Shown: piece by piece, positions 24,001 to 37,940 of the stretch | How positions within the stretch are numbered: the stretch's first letter is position 1 | Layout: the number at the start of each line of letters is the position of its first letter | DNA from: Convolutriloba macropyga | Lineage: Eukaryota | Direction: 5' to 3' | Assembly (NCBI RefSeq): GCF_964194025.1 | Contig: NC_134468.1 | Location: 3,410,001-3,474,000 of the forward strand | Length of the DNA stretch: 64,000 nt | Program-made: the position numbers and the translations under genes | The notes under the pieces: generated by a model | Told to the model about the DNA's origin: nothing | Database searches by the model: none | What the model saw: only the letters and a program-made list of their open reading frames with translations

Positions 24001-27000
24001 AATTGCTCATAAGACTGGCGATGTGTTAGCTATGATAATCGCTAGCAAAAAGGGAAATTATCTTCACTGGTTGATTGGCCGAGGAGCGGCAACAGAACAG
24101 TTTGGTGAGGAGGGTAGGGGCGGAGAGGATAGGTACGCGGGGGTACGATACACTAGGAATTGCCCTAGACATCATAATTCATGAAGATTCAGTGGTTTTG
24201 CGAATCTCATATTGCCGCAAAATTGGTCACAAATTACGAAAAATGTGAATAGAAACAACAGAAATCACTAACTTTTCTCAAAAGTTTAAAAATCGATAAC
24301 TCCCTTTAAAAAACGGAAATAAAAAAAAATAATTCCGTATTCTACGCTGGACCAGCTTTCTAATGATACCAGTCTCAACTCTGTACCATGAATATATCAC
24401 TCGGCCAAAATTGTCTGAACAAAAAAACCTATTTGAGTATATAATCCCCCCACCTCAAGAGGGGTCGGAACAAACAACAGACGACTAGCAACCGGATGGG
24501 TGTGAAACTATTAAGTTCAAACAGAAATCTATATCCGTTGAACTCCTAAAGCGATCAGTTTGCAAGCGACCAAGAAAAATCAAGTAACGCAATATTTCTT
24601 AACACATCACCCTCTCTCGTAAAAGTCAAGTTCTGATGTAATAAATTTGCATTTTAATGAATACCCTCAGAGAGGTGGTCATCTACCAGAAACGAGTCAG
24701 CAAAACATGGGAAAAATACAAAATTGATCTTTAAGAGTGATATTGAGCAACGGGATGAAACGATTCGTCAGTAAGATTCAGTACCAGAACCCATAGCTAC
24801 ACCATCAAAATGCTTGAATAAATTGCCTCCAGGGATCGAGAGTAATAGTTTTTCACAAACAAAGCGCAGTAGTTTTGTTTCTACTGGGCTCATAAAGATG
24901 GCACGACAGCTGATTTCAAAGTTTCTTAATGCCATTCAAATTGCTTGATTGACAAATATGTAACAGTCTAGGGTAAAATATGTGAAAAACACCACCTCAA
25001 AAATTGAAAGAGTAAAGCCTTTTTATGAATAATCGGTAAATAGATTTGATGCAATACCCAAAGTTGGCTAATAACTTGAAGACAGTACAATTAACAACTA
25101 CCGTCGGGTAATTTTTTCTGAAAACCAAACTTCTAATCTTTGTGCAGAACACGCACTAGTTAAGTATTAGAAGAAAACGAAGGGCAAAAACGGTTCTATA
25201 AGATTTTGCACTTAACCTGTATTTGAGTTATCGGTAATTTGAAACTCTATATTGATTTTAAAAAAGATCAAAAACAAGTCCAAGCAAAAAATGGAAAGGC
25301 TGTCAAATTATCAGATAAATGGAACCATTTCCCGCAAGCTTGTGTACTGAACAATCTGTAAGCTAGGATTTTTGAAGTACTGAAAAATTCGTTCAGATTC
25401 ACCAAACGATAACGATTCGCAGACCATAATCGACCAAGCTCAGCAAATTGCTCATAAGACTGGCGATGTGTTAGCTATGATAATCGCTAGCAAAAAAAGG
25501 GAAATTATCTTCACTGGTTGATTGGCCGAGGAGCGGCAACACAACAGAGTTTGGAGAGGAGGGTAGGGGCGGGGAGGATAGGTACGCGGGGGTACGATAC
25601 ACTAGGAATTGCCCTAGACATCATAATTCATGTCGATTCAGTGGTTTTGCGAATCTCATATTGACGCAAAATTGGTCAGAAATTACGAAAAATGTGAATA
25701 GAAACAACAGAAATCACTAACTTTTCTCAAAAGTTTAAACCTCGATAACTCCCTGTAAAAAACGAAAATAAATAAATAAATAATTCCGTATTCTACACTG
25801 GACCAGCTTTCTAATGATACCAGTCTCAACTCTGTACCATGAATATATCACTCGGCCAAAATTGTCTGAACAAAAAAACCTATTTGAGTATATAATCCCC
25901 CCCACCTCAAGAGGGGTCGGAACAAATAACAGACGACTAGCAAGCAGATGGGGGGTGAAACTATTAAGTTAAAACCGAAATCTATATCCGTTGAATTCCT
26001 AAAGCGATCAGTTTGCAAGCGACCGTGAAAAATCAAGGAAAGCGATTTTTCTGAACACATCACCCTCTCGTAAAAGTGAAAATCTGATGTAGCAAATTTG
26101 CATTTTAATGGATACCCTCAGAAAGCTGGTCATCTACCAGAAACGAGTCAGCAAAATATGGGAAAAATATAAAATTGATCTTTGAGAGTGATATTGAGCA
26201 ACGGGATGAAACGATTCGTCAGTAAGATTCAGTACCAGAACCCATAGCTACACCATCAAAATGCTTGAATAAATTGCCTCCAGGGATCGAGAGTAATAGT
26301 TCTTTACAAACAAAGCGCAGTAGTTTCGTTTCTACTGGGCTCATAAAGATGGCACGACAGCTGATTTCAAAGTTTTTTAATGCCATTCAAATTGCTTGAT
26401 TGACAAATATGTAACAGTCTAGGGTCAAATATGTAAAAAACGCCACCTCAAAAATTGAAAGAGTAAAGCCTTTTTATGAATAATCGGTAAATAGATTTGA
26501 TGCAACACCCAAAGTTGGCTAATAACTTGAAGACAGTACAATTAACAACTACCGTCGGGTAATTTTTTCTGAAAACCAAACTTCTAATCTTTGTGCAGAA
26601 CACTCATCAGTTTAATATTACAAGAAAACGAAGGGCGAAAACAGTTCTATCAGATTTTGCACTTAACCTGTATTTGAGTTAATGGTAACTTGAAATTCTA
26701 TATTGATTTTAAAAAAGATCAAAAACAAACCCTAGCAAAAAATGGAAAGGCTGTCAAATTATCAGATAAATGGAACCATTTCCCGCAAGCTTGTGTACTG
26801 AACAATCTGTAAGCTAGGATTTTTGAAGTACTGAAAAATTCGTTCAGATTCACCAAACGCTAACGATTCGCAGACCATAATCGACCAAGCTCAGCAAATT
26901 GCTCTCAAAAGACTGGCGATGATCAGATAATTAGAACCATTTCCCGCAAGCCGTGTACTACTCGTTCAGATCCACCAAACAATAACGATTCGCAGATCAT

Positions 27001-30000
27001 AACCGACCAAGTCCAGCAAATCGCTTTCAATAGACTGGCGTGATGTGTTAGCTATGATAATCTGTAGCTTAAGATGGCCGAGGAGCGGAAACACAACAGA
27101 GTTTGGTGAGGAGGGTGGGCGGGGCGGATGAGTGCGCGGGGCGTACGATACAATAAGAATTGCCCTTGACACCATATTTCATATCGACTCAGTCGTTTTT
27201 CGAACCTCATATTGACGCAAAATTGGTAAAAAATTACGAAAAAGGTGAAAAAGAACAGAATTTAAAGCTCGATAACACCCTGTAAAAAACGAAAATAAAA
27301 ATCTTTTTAGTTCCGTATTCTACGCTGGACCAGCTTTCTAATGATACCAGTCTGAACTCTGTACCATGAACATATCGCTCAGCCAGAATTGTCTGAACAA
27401 AAAAAACCCATTTGAGTATATAGTTCCCCCCAAGACGGGTCGGAACAAATAACAGACGACTAGCAAGCAGATGGGGGTGAAACTATTAAGTTAAAACCGA
27501 AATCTATATCCGTTGAATTCCTAAAGCGATCAGAATTCCTAACAAATTTGCATTTTAATGAATACCCTCAGAGGGCTGGTCATCTACCAGAAACGAGTCG
27601 GCAAAATATGGGAAATATAAAATTGATCTTTAATAGTGATATTGAGCAACGAGATAAACGATTCGTTAGTAAGATTCAGTAGAAGAACCCCTAGCTCTAT
27701 CATCAATATGTTTGAATACATTGCCTCCAGGGCTCGAGAGAAATAATTTTAGAAACAAAGCGCAGAAGCTCGTTTCTACTGGGTTCATAAAGATGGCACG
27801 AAAGCTGATTTCAAGTTTTTTAATGCCGTTCAAATTGCTTAATTGACAAATATGTAACAGTCTAGGGTCAAATATGTATTAAACGCCACCTCAAAAATTA
27901 AAGAGTAAAGCCTTTTGATAAATAATCGGTAGTTTTGATGCAACTCCTAAAGTTGGCCCATAACATTTGAAAACAGTACAATTGCCAACTATCGTGGGGT
28001 AATTTTTTCTGAAAACCAAACTTCAAATCTTTGTGCAGAACACTCACCTGTTTAATATTACAAGAAAACGAAAGGCGAAAACGGTTCTATCAGATTTTGC
28101 ACTTAACCTGTATTTGAGTTATTGGTAACTTGAAATTCTTTATTGATTTTAAAAAAGATCAAAAATAAATCCAAGCAAAAAATAGAAAGGCTGTCAAATT
28201 ATCAGACAAATGGAACCATTTCCCGCAAGCTTGTGTACTGTAAGCTAGGATTTTTGAAGTACTGAAAAATTCGTTCAGATTCACCAAACGATAACGATTC
28301 GCAGACCATAATCGATCAAGCTCAGCAAATTGCTCATAAGACTGGCGATGTGTTAGCTATGATAATCGCTAGCAAAAAAGGGAAATTATCTTCACTGGTT
28401 GATTGGCCGAGGAGCGGCAACACAACAGTTTGGTGAGGAGGGTAGGGGCGGAGAGGATAGGTACGCGGGGGTACGATACACTAGGAATTGCCCTAGACAT
28501 CATAATTCATGTCGATTCAGTGGTTTTGCGAATCTCATATTGACGCAAAATTGGTCACAAATTACGAAAAATGTGAATAGAAACAACAGAAATCACTAAC
28601 TTTTCTCAAAAGTTTAAAAATCGATAACTCCCTTTAAAAAACGGAAATAAAAAAAATAATTCCGTATTCTACGCTGGACCAGCTTTCTAATGATACCAGT
28701 CTCAACTCTGTACCATGAATATATCACTCGGCCAAAATTGTCTGAACAAAAAAACCTATTTGAGTATATAATCCCCCCCACCTCAAGAGGGGTCGGAACA
28801 AACAACAGACGACTAGCAACCAGATGGGTGTGAAACTATTAAGTTCAAACAGAAATCTATATCCGTTGAACTCCTAAAGCGATCAGTTTGCAAGCGACCA
28901 AGAAAAATCAAGTAACGCAATATTTCTTAACACATCACCCTCTCTCGTAAAAGTCAAGTTCTGATGTAATAAATTTGCATTTTAATGAATACCCTCAGAG
29001 AGGTGGTCATCTACCAGAAACGAGTCAGCAAAACATGGGAAAAATACAAAATTGATCATTAAGAGTGATATTGAGCAACGGGATGAAACGATTCGTCAGT
29101 AAGATTCAGTACCAGAACCCATAGCTACACCATCAAAATGCTTGAATAAATTGCCTCCAGGGATCGAGAGTAATAGTTCTTTACAAACAAAGCGCAGTAG
29201 TTTCGTTTCTACTGGGCTCATAAAGATGGCACGAAAGCTGATTTCAAGTTTTTTAATGCCGTTCAAATTGCTTAATTGACAAATATGTAACAGTCTAGGG
29301 TAAAATATGTGAAAAACACCACCTCAAAAATTGAAAGAGTAAAGCCTTTTTATGAATAATCGGTAAATAGATTTGATGCAATACCCAAAGTTGGCTAATA
29401 ACTTGAAGACAGTACAATTAACAACTACCGTCGGGTAATTTTTTCTGAAAACCAAACTTCTAATCTTTGTGCAGAACACGCACTAGTTAAGTATTAGAAG
29501 AAAACGAAGGGCAAAAACGGTTCTATAAGATTTTGCACTTAACCTGTATTTGAGTTATCGGTAATTTGAAACTCTATATTGATTTTAAAAAAGATCAAAA
29601 ACAAGTCCAAGCAAAAAATGGAAAGGCTGTCAAATTATCAGATAAATGGAACCATTTCCCGCAAGCTTGTGTACTGAACAATCTGTAAGCTAGGATTTTT
29701 GAAGTACTGAAAAATTCGTTCAGATTCACCAAACGATAACGATTCGCAGACCATAATCGACCAAGCTCAGCAAATTGCTCATAAGACTGGCGATGTGTTA
29801 GCTATGATAATCGCTAGCAAAAAAAGGGAAATTATCTTCACTGGTTGATTGGCCGAGGAGCGGCAACACAACAGAGTTTGGAGAGGAGGGTAGGGGCGGG
29901 GAGGATAGGTACGCGGGGGTACGATACACTAGGAATTGCCCTAGACATCATAATTCATGTCGATTCAGTGGTTTTGCGAATCTCATATTGACGCAAAATT

Positions 30001-31530
30001 GGTCAGAAATTACGAAAAATGTGAATAGAAACAACAGAAATCACTAACTTTTCCCAAAAGTTTAAACCTCGATAACTCCCTGTAAAAAACGAAAATAAAT
30101 AAATAAATAATTCCGTATTCTACACTGGACCAGCTTTCTAATGATACCAGTCTCAACTCTGTACCATGAATATATCACTCGGCCAAAATTGTCTGAACAA
30201 AAAAACCTATTTGAGTATATAATCCCCCCCACCTCAAGAGGGGTCGGAACAAATAACAGACGACTAGCAAGCAGATGGGGGGTGAAACTATTAAGTTAAA
30301 ACCGAAATCTATATCCGTTGAATTCCTAAAGCGATCAGTTTGCAAGCGACCGTGAAAAATCAAGGAAAGCGATTTTTCTGAACACATCACCCTCTCGTAA
30401 AAGTGAAAATCTGATGTAGCAAATTTGCATTTTAATGGATACCCTCAGAAAGCTGGTCATCTACCAGAAACGAGTCAGCAAAATATGGGAAAAAATATAA
30501 AATTGATCTTTAAGAGTGATATTGAGCAACGGGATGAAACGATTCGTCAGTAAGATTCAGTACCAGAACCCATAGCTACACCATCAAAATGCTTGAATAA
30601 ATTGCCTCCAGGGATCGAGAGTAATAGTTCTTTACAAACAAAGCGCAGTAGTTTCGTTTCTACTGGGCTCATAAAGATGGCACGACAGCTGATTTCAAAG
30701 TTTTTTAATGCCATTCAAATTGCTTGATTGACAAATATGTAACAGTCTAGGGTCAAATATGTAAAAAACGCCACCTCAAAAATTGAAAGAGTAAAGCCTT
30801 TTTATGAATAATCGGTAAATAGATTTGATGCAACACCCAAAGTTGGCTAATAACTTGAAGACAGTACAATTAACAACTACCGTCGGGTAATTTTTTCTGA
30901 AAACCAAACTTCTAATCTTTGTGCAGAACACTCATCAGTTTAATATTACAAGAAAACGAAGGGCGAAAACAGTTCTATCAGATTTTGCACTTAACCTGTA
31001 TTTGAGTTATTGGTAACTTGAAATTCTATATTGATTTTAAAAAAGATCAAAAACAAACCCTAGCAAAAAATGGAAAGGCTGTCAAATTATCAGATAAATG
31101 GAACCATTTCCCGCAAGCTTGTGTACTGAACAATCTGTAAGCTAGGATTTTTGAAGTACTGAAAAATTCGTTCAGATTCACCAAACGCTAACGATTCGCA
31201 GACCATAATCGACCAAGCTCAGCAAATTGCTCTCAAAAGACTGGCGATGATCAGATAATTAGAACCATTTCCCGCAAGCCGTGTACTACTCGTTCAGATC
31301 CACCAAACAATAACGATTCGCAGATCATAACCGACCAAGTCCAGCAAATCGCTTTCAATAGACTGGCGTGATGTGTTAGCTATGATAATCTGTAGCTTAA
31401 GATGGCCGAGGAGCGGAAACACAACAGAGTTTGGTGAGGAGGGTGGGCGGGGCGGATGAGTGCGCGGGGGATACGATACACTAAGAATTGCCCTAGACAT
31501 CATAATTCATGTCGACTCAGTCGTTTTGCA
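21030..31530. repeat. Intronic macrosatellite: 1.3-1.45-kb monomers in a 4327-4328-bp higher-order repeat
   Basis: Monomer starts (gttcagat(t/c)cacca) at ~21238, 22636, 23946, 25391, 26842(partial)/26964, 28273, 29718, 31170(partial)/31292; identical or near-identical spurious ORFs at 25848/30175 and 26966/31294 confirm the period. Confidence 0.95.
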
Positions 31531-32205
31531 AACGACTAAATGCCCTCTAGTTTCACCAATCCAGTTTCTTAGCACAAAAATTTTTGGTTAGCATAAAAAG
31601 CTATAAAACGAAGAAATCAGCAGAACACAGGAAAATATATACAGGAAAATGAGCGTTATGAAAAAGAAACTTATAGCGACCTACAAGTCTATTCTATAGC
31701 ATAGCTGGCAGATTGCCAGAAAATAGCCCCAATAGCTTCGGATAAATTAACACTAAGATTAGACATGAAGGTATTAAAAGATTTTCCCCCTCGTAGAATT
31801 TCCTCGCCATAATTACTGTTTCTCAAACTTAATCAAGGTAAAGTGAGAGCTTTACTAATGAACATTATCTGACCACACACACTAACATGGAAAGGAAATG
31901 CTAGTTACATAAACATTTCAAATTCCAATTTCAAGCCAGAACTATCCACCCAACTGAGGACATATGTGGAAGACTCCAGGATGAGCCAGACTTCTTCACT
32001 ATTTCTAGTTTATTGCAAATTTTTCATTTTTATTTTTAGGCAATTCAGCAAAAGAGTATACTTAAACCACAGCAGGACAAAAACAGCATTTCTAGGGCAA
32101 AATATTTGGATCTATTCCCGCCATCCAGTCTTTTTATATCCCCCACTTACACTTACACACTTACCATGTAAATAGATAGGGGGGATAGATCAAACTACTT
32201 TAATC

Positions 32206-32334
32206 GGGTCTTTCCCATTAAAGCCCCCCGTGAAAATATAGCCCCCCATTATGGTATATTTACCATGATTGGGGAGGCTATAGGTTATCTGACTACTAAG
32301 CTGGGGGGAGGGGGGGCTATAATGGGAAAGACCC
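32206..32334. mobile_element. 129-bp MITE with TIRs and a perfect 8-bp TSD
   Basis: TIR gggtctttcccatta(a/t)agccccc ... gggggctataatgggaaagaccc, flanked on both sides by CTTTAATC. Confidence 0.85.
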
Positions 32335-35300
32335 CTTTAATCGATAAAAATGAACAATACGACCTAAGTTATCCCAAACAATTGCGAATTATGCACGGGA
32401 CTAATTGTCAGTCACCAAATTCGTACTAGTAACTAGTTAGTAGAAAGACAGGCAATATGAAGTTAAGGCATCAGATATAAATTTATTTAATTGACGTTCC
32501 AGATACCAAATATGACACTCAAGAAACAAATTTAGAAAAACCGAACATAGCTGGCAGATTACCAGAAAATAGCCCCAATAGCTTCGTAGACCTGCAGTCT
32601 AAAAAAACAGTAAAAAGACAGACCAAAAAAAATTCGTTTCTTCATTGAAGGATATGTTATATTTTGATTAAAAATCTTTATAAGTTTTTGATACCTCTAT
32701 TAGCTGCTCTCAAATAACCTTCATTTAAAGTGACACACACCCATTTGACCTTATCTCTTTGAATTAGAGTAAATAAAATCAATTTCAAAGTGAGGAAGTC
32801 ATTTTTGAGAGAGAGGAAAGTCGAGTAACCAAAAATTTAATCACGCCAATGAAAAAAAAAGCTCGCTCCACCAAGAGCGAAAAATGACGTCACACACGCA
32901 CTTTAGAGGAAATTGCATGAACCAATGAACAAAAAGCAGATTTGAAAAGGTTGTGACGTCATAGGGTTGTAACAAAAATCGCGACGACGCAATAAAAAAA
33001 CATATCAGGACAAGTCCTGACGTAAATTCAAAAAATTTTCATTGAAACAACTAAAACTAGACCTAGAACGAACTATGAGTGAATTGGAAAACCATTTCCC
33101 AAAAATCAGACAAAAATCAAAAAAAAAATCAATGTCAAAATGCCGCATTTGAACAAAAAAAACAACTTGCGAGAAATTAAATTTGGTTCAAACAAAAAAC
33201 TAGGCCTGAAATGAACTATGAAAAGATTGAGAGAACCATTTAGAAAATCTGATCCAAAAAAATAAAAAAACAGTACAAATCAAAGTGAAATTGTCGCATG
33301 TGAACAAAAAACAACTAGCGAGAAAGCGAATTTCTGTTCAAACACCGTTCTCTCTCTACTTTAAAAATAGAGCGAAAAAAATTCACGCCGCCAAACCGCT
33401 CGCTTTTTTGCTCCACTTCCTGTTTCGGCGTGAACAAAATCCTTGCTCCAATTTGACTTCAAAAATCATGAAAATGTGTGAACACATCTTAAAAACATAG
33501 TCGGAAGAATTCCGGAACCGACTCGAAGTGAAAATCCAATTAAACGCCATCCAACTACTTATCGACAAAACGTGCTTACACTTACTTATGATTATCTTGA
33601 AACAGAACCATAAAACAAAAAATTAGAAACAGGAAAATCAAATCTGTTAAAAATGATAAAAAAAACTGATTGAATTTTGTCAAAAATTGAGATCCCAAAA
33701 CAACTAATTCTGCCCAAATAACTTCACCAAAAAACTAGTACCTACTAAAACCACTTATAAGAATTCTTTAAAAACACTTGAAGCCAAATCATGAAAAATA
33801 AGCTCTTACAAACAACTTGAACTAAAAAAACTGGAAATTATAAATTTTTTTAATTTTACAAAAGCACAAAAATCCAAAGAAAAAAATCCCTTTAGGCAAT
33901 AGGCAAGTCATAATTGGCGTACAAACTCGTCTAAAAAAAGAAAAAAACGAAAAACTGCAAAAAAATAAAAATAGTTTCAATTTTCGCCAATTTTTGTCAT
34001 ATTTCTCAACAAAAAAAAAAGCTTCATATCCACAAAACTGTAACCAATTGTTATCTATAAAAAAAAGTTAAAGGTGCCTTTTCAATACCCATTTGAGGCA
34101 GTAAAACAAAACAATCGTCCAAAAATCGCAAAAACTAGCCCAAAAATCAGCAAAATACATGAAAAACCACCGAATTTGAAGAAAACTCATATGAATTTCC
34201 AGAAACCTTCAAACCACTGCCAAATCCACCCTAAAATTAAAAAATCATAACAAAACCTCTTAACCAAAAAATTAAAAAAACTGCTTTAAAAGCCGCAAGT
34301 GAACAAAAAATTTCGCTCGCTTAGTTAGCCATATGCAAGACTTGAAAGGCTTCGTTGGCCATTAATGATCGTTAAACACAGAAAAGTACAAAATTATTCA
34401 AAAATTTTGAAAACAATCGCAAATTTTAACACAACCTTGAGAAAAATTCGAGATACTTAAATCTTCAAGACCACTTCATTGTCTCAAGAGACTATCCAGT
34501 ATCCCTATTTCAAGCTTTAAATAGTTTCACTAGCTCATAAAGATCCATAAACTTAGAACATTATAAAAAACTTTCCGAAAACATGAAAAACTTTATCAAA
34601 AAATTGCTAACACTGGAGTAATTGATATATTGATAACGATATAAGTAGCTCTATAAACTATGCAGCAGTTTGTTATCAGACCTTGGAGGAGGTCCCTAGG
34701 ACCCTGGTGCCGGAAAAAAAAACTCAAAAAGATTAAAAAAACTTGAAAAAAAATGCAAATATTTTTTAAAAAATCCTGATATTAAAATATTGAAAAAAAT
34801 CCATTACATCTAGAAGCTATGCAGTAACATACAATCAAACCCTAGAGGAGTGGCTCTTGAGGCTGGAGAAAACTGAAAAATTGACAAAAGTTTTCAAAAA
34901 AACTTGAAAAAAATGCAAGTTTTATAAAAAAACTGTAAAAATTTGTTATATCAAAAAGTTGAAAACTATTCCATGGCAAATAAAATTTTATCAATAACTT
35001 ATTATCAAACCCCTAACGACGTTTTCTGGCCCCTGCGTCCGGAAATAATGAAAAATGTCAATAAATTGAAAAAAAATCGCATTTTTTGTCAAAAAAGCTA
35101 AAATTCGTAATGTTGAAGTGTTGAAACCATTCCACTACCACTAGAAACTATGCAAGAACCTATGATAAAACTCTAGAGGAGTTTCCTTGACACCTAGAGC
35201 TGAATGAACTCAAAAAAGGCAAACTTTCAAAAAGCTTGAAAAAATTGTGAAAATTAGTATAAAATTGCGTGTTTTCAGCGATCAGTTGTTCGTCAGTAGC

Positions 35301-35449
35301 CACACGGGGGGGGGGGGGGGGGGGCAACATTGTAGTGGGGGGCAACAGCGCGGTGGGGGGTGGAGCAATCGTGGGGGGGGGGGTCAACAGTGGGTGTGTC
35401 TTCAATCTCTAAGAACCGCACTTCACACCATAAGTATAAGTCTTCAAAG

Positions 35450-35730
35450 CAGTTTGAGCTGAAACAGAGCTGAAAGGCTCCATTAGCACTTAATGCCCGA
35501 TTGGCGCTACCTGTTTTATCCCGTTTTTGAGGACGAAAAGTCAGAAGCGTCAGACAAAAAACCGGTCAAGCGAAAAATCGCATAAACAAGACCGACAGGA
35601 CTAATATAATTGCTACAAACTTCGTTTGAGAGCAATTAACCGGATAAATAGTCGGCAGCACAAAAAATCGTATAAAACACAAACCAGTAGAACTAATAGA
35701 ATTGCTACAACGTTCGTTTGAGAGCAATTA
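35450..35730 (-). mobile_element. HINE 5' end with a duplicated terminus
   Basis: Near-identical to 50770-50963; aattgctacaaacttcgtttgagagcaattaa ends at ~35639 and again at ~35731. Confidence 0.7.
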
Positions 35731-36288
35731 ATAAAGAAAAAAATCAGAGTATTAGAACTTGACTCCTACTAACCTAAACCCTAATTTCAAACAAAGGGCA
35801 GCAACAAACTAAGTATACTGGTGTTAATTCCACGCAAAAAGTTTTCTCTGGGTATTTTGAACGCTGACATCAACAAGAAGACAACGAATAGCGTTAGGCA
35901 GTCTAAAAGGTCCCATATTATTTCTACAAACTCTCATCAAGGCCAAAAAAGAGGCGAAACAATGGTTAGCTATATAATGATAATTGATGAACCAGAACAG
36001 CTATATTTATAAAGCGAAATCATATTTGAGTCTAAAGAACAGTTGCGGTAGTTAATGACAAAATATTCCTTCATTAAAAAAATAGATCTTTTCCAGTTAC
36101 AGAGCACGTGCCATTGCATAGTAAATCATCATGTAAGAATATGGCACGTGCGTCTGGGGGGTGCAAATAATATGCACCCACTAAGCGGGGGGGGGGGGGG
36201 GGGGTCACAAACGGAAAAGATCCAAAAGTGTATTATTCATATATACTGTGCATATATGTATACATATAATTCACAGTTTAAAACTCAC

Positions 36289-36489
36289 TGGTTCCATTTT
36301 GTAGAGGTCACCAAAACTAGTCTCAGGGATCCAGAGGACACATGATACATGGCACCACCTCTTCCCATTCAAGGTACTCTTCATTGCTCCTCCAGTCTGT
36401 GCACAGAGGAAGCAGCGTGGTTTGATACCCAAGTAACACGTGCGACACAACCAGTCCTCCTCTGGTACATTGAAGATACCATAGCAGCC
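36289..36489 (-). CDS. JADE: JADE-like exon 5 (PHD1 end, zinc knuckle, PHD2 start); not shown in frame in the ORF track
   Basis: [67 protein letters not shown]; 201 nt; acceptor tatag at 36490-36491, donor GTGAGT at 36288. Confidence 0.92.
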
Positions 36490-36494
36490 CTATA

Positions 36495-36700
36495 CCAAGA
36501 GACCTTTCAATAATTTCCATAGTTGGTTATTAAATTTTGTGCTAAAACCAAGAGACATTTCAATAATTTCCATAGTTAGTTATCAAATTTTGTGCTAAAA
36601 CCAAGAGACCTTTCAATAATTTCCACAGTTGGTTATTAAATTTTGCGCTAAAACCAAGAGACCTCTAGATATTGCCCACAGTTGGTTACTAACTTTTGTT
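36495..36700. repeat. 53-bp minisatellite, ~4 copies
   Basis: ccaagagacc... at 36495, 36548, 36601, 36654. Confidence 0.9.
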
Positions 36701-37130
36701 TTGTTTCATGCAAAATTGAGCTCAAGGCTTTTCAGTAGCAATTGCCCTTAACCTGAACCCTATTTTCTTAAATTAAAAATGTACCATTTTTCAAGACAAA
36801 GCGCGGCAGAAACACCTTAAAAACATAGCCGGCAGATTGCCGGAAAATAGCCGTGATAGACGCTTGTGGCCTTCCATGAATTGAAACAACTGAAGAAATA
36901 AGATAGACAGATTGACCACCAGTCCTTTAATAAACCACTAGAATTTTTGGTTAGATTAGGATTGTCATTTTTATGAGACTCATACGCTCTATAATGAAAA
37001 AGCCCTAAAGGAGCTTTTCAAAATTAATATTACAAGTGAAAAACTCAAGACTCTAATACTCAAGAATTAGGGCATATACGATTAAGTTATTACAAAAACT
37101 TGGAGAACACTAATTTACAGTGTCTTCTAC

Positions 37131-37243
37131 CTGATGAACTGCAATGTCGCATTTGTCACAAAATAGGATTTCATTCCCCTCTTCACATGTACCCTCTCTG
37201 CATACGTCACACAGTGTGTTCTCATCATACTCTATCCCATCAG
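37131..37243 (-). CDS. JADE: JADE-like exon 4 (PHD1 start)
   Basis: [38 protein letters not shown] vs JADE GIEYDEDVVCDVC...GNEMVFCDKCNICVHQ; acceptor tttcag, donor GTAGAA. Confidence 0.92.
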
Positions 37244-37773
37244 CTGAAATACAAACAATGCAAACAAACAAATAACCAAATACAACAAAAAATACAAACA
37301 AGCTTTACTTCGGAGTGAGAGCAATAGAGATTACTCAAAAATGATGAACGAAAGCGTGAAAAAGTCACTTGAGAAGCCAAAGAATGTTCTAGAAGAAAAG
37401 CGCAAAATTGTCAAGCAAAAAATTTGCATAAAAAAATACACACACGTTTACAACTTCGTTCAAGAGCAATTAACAAAATCACATCTATAAAAGAGGGGAC
37501 ACTTTCACAATTCCGTCAGCTAACCACGCCGGGTACTATCTTCCAGTACGACACGACTAATTTTTTGGACTAGCGCTAAGCGAAAAATCTGTAAAAAAAT
37601 GACATCTGTCGGAATTGCCGACAAGATTTTACCTTTTTGCTTCCATTCTTCTACAACTAACAACTCTTCTGGTTGTAGTATAGCTTCTTAACAATTTCCC
37701 CATTTCACTTTTTCAACAATTCCGTCCATATTGCGCTTTACTATTTATTGCAACTGCAGAAGTGAATATGTAC

Positions 37774-37940
37774 CTTTCTCGGAGTGCACTAATGACTGTA
37801 GACGTGCGTGTGTGGTCTCCTCCATGAAGTCGAACACGAACTCCAACAAAGTGTCTGATAGAGACAGACCACTCGCACATATTGTCAATTCTTCATTCAA
37901 ACTAGTGATCCATTGAAGGTCTTGCTCGTCGCAACTGTAT
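37774..37940 (-). CDS. JADE: JADE-like exon 3 (EPL1/EPC-N domain)
   Basis: YSCDEQDLQWITSLNEE...LLEFVFDFME vs RYDL..D..WL...N; acceptor ttttatag, donor GTACAT; phases 2 and 1 match neighbours. Confidence 0.85.

Noticed and set aside
21240-31503. Repeated 63-82-aa ORFs in the array as a gene cluster, or the array as a CRISPR-like locus
   Set aside because: ORFs vary by frameshifts between monomers and have no recognisable motifs; whole monomers repeat, with no unique spacers
35160-35462. Pro-rich and Gly-rich ORFs
   Set aside because: Derived from G homopolymer tracts within a HINE
36323-36520. 65-aa ORF in the track
   Set aside because: Wrong frame; the true exon 36289-36489 encodes the PHD/zinc-knuckle
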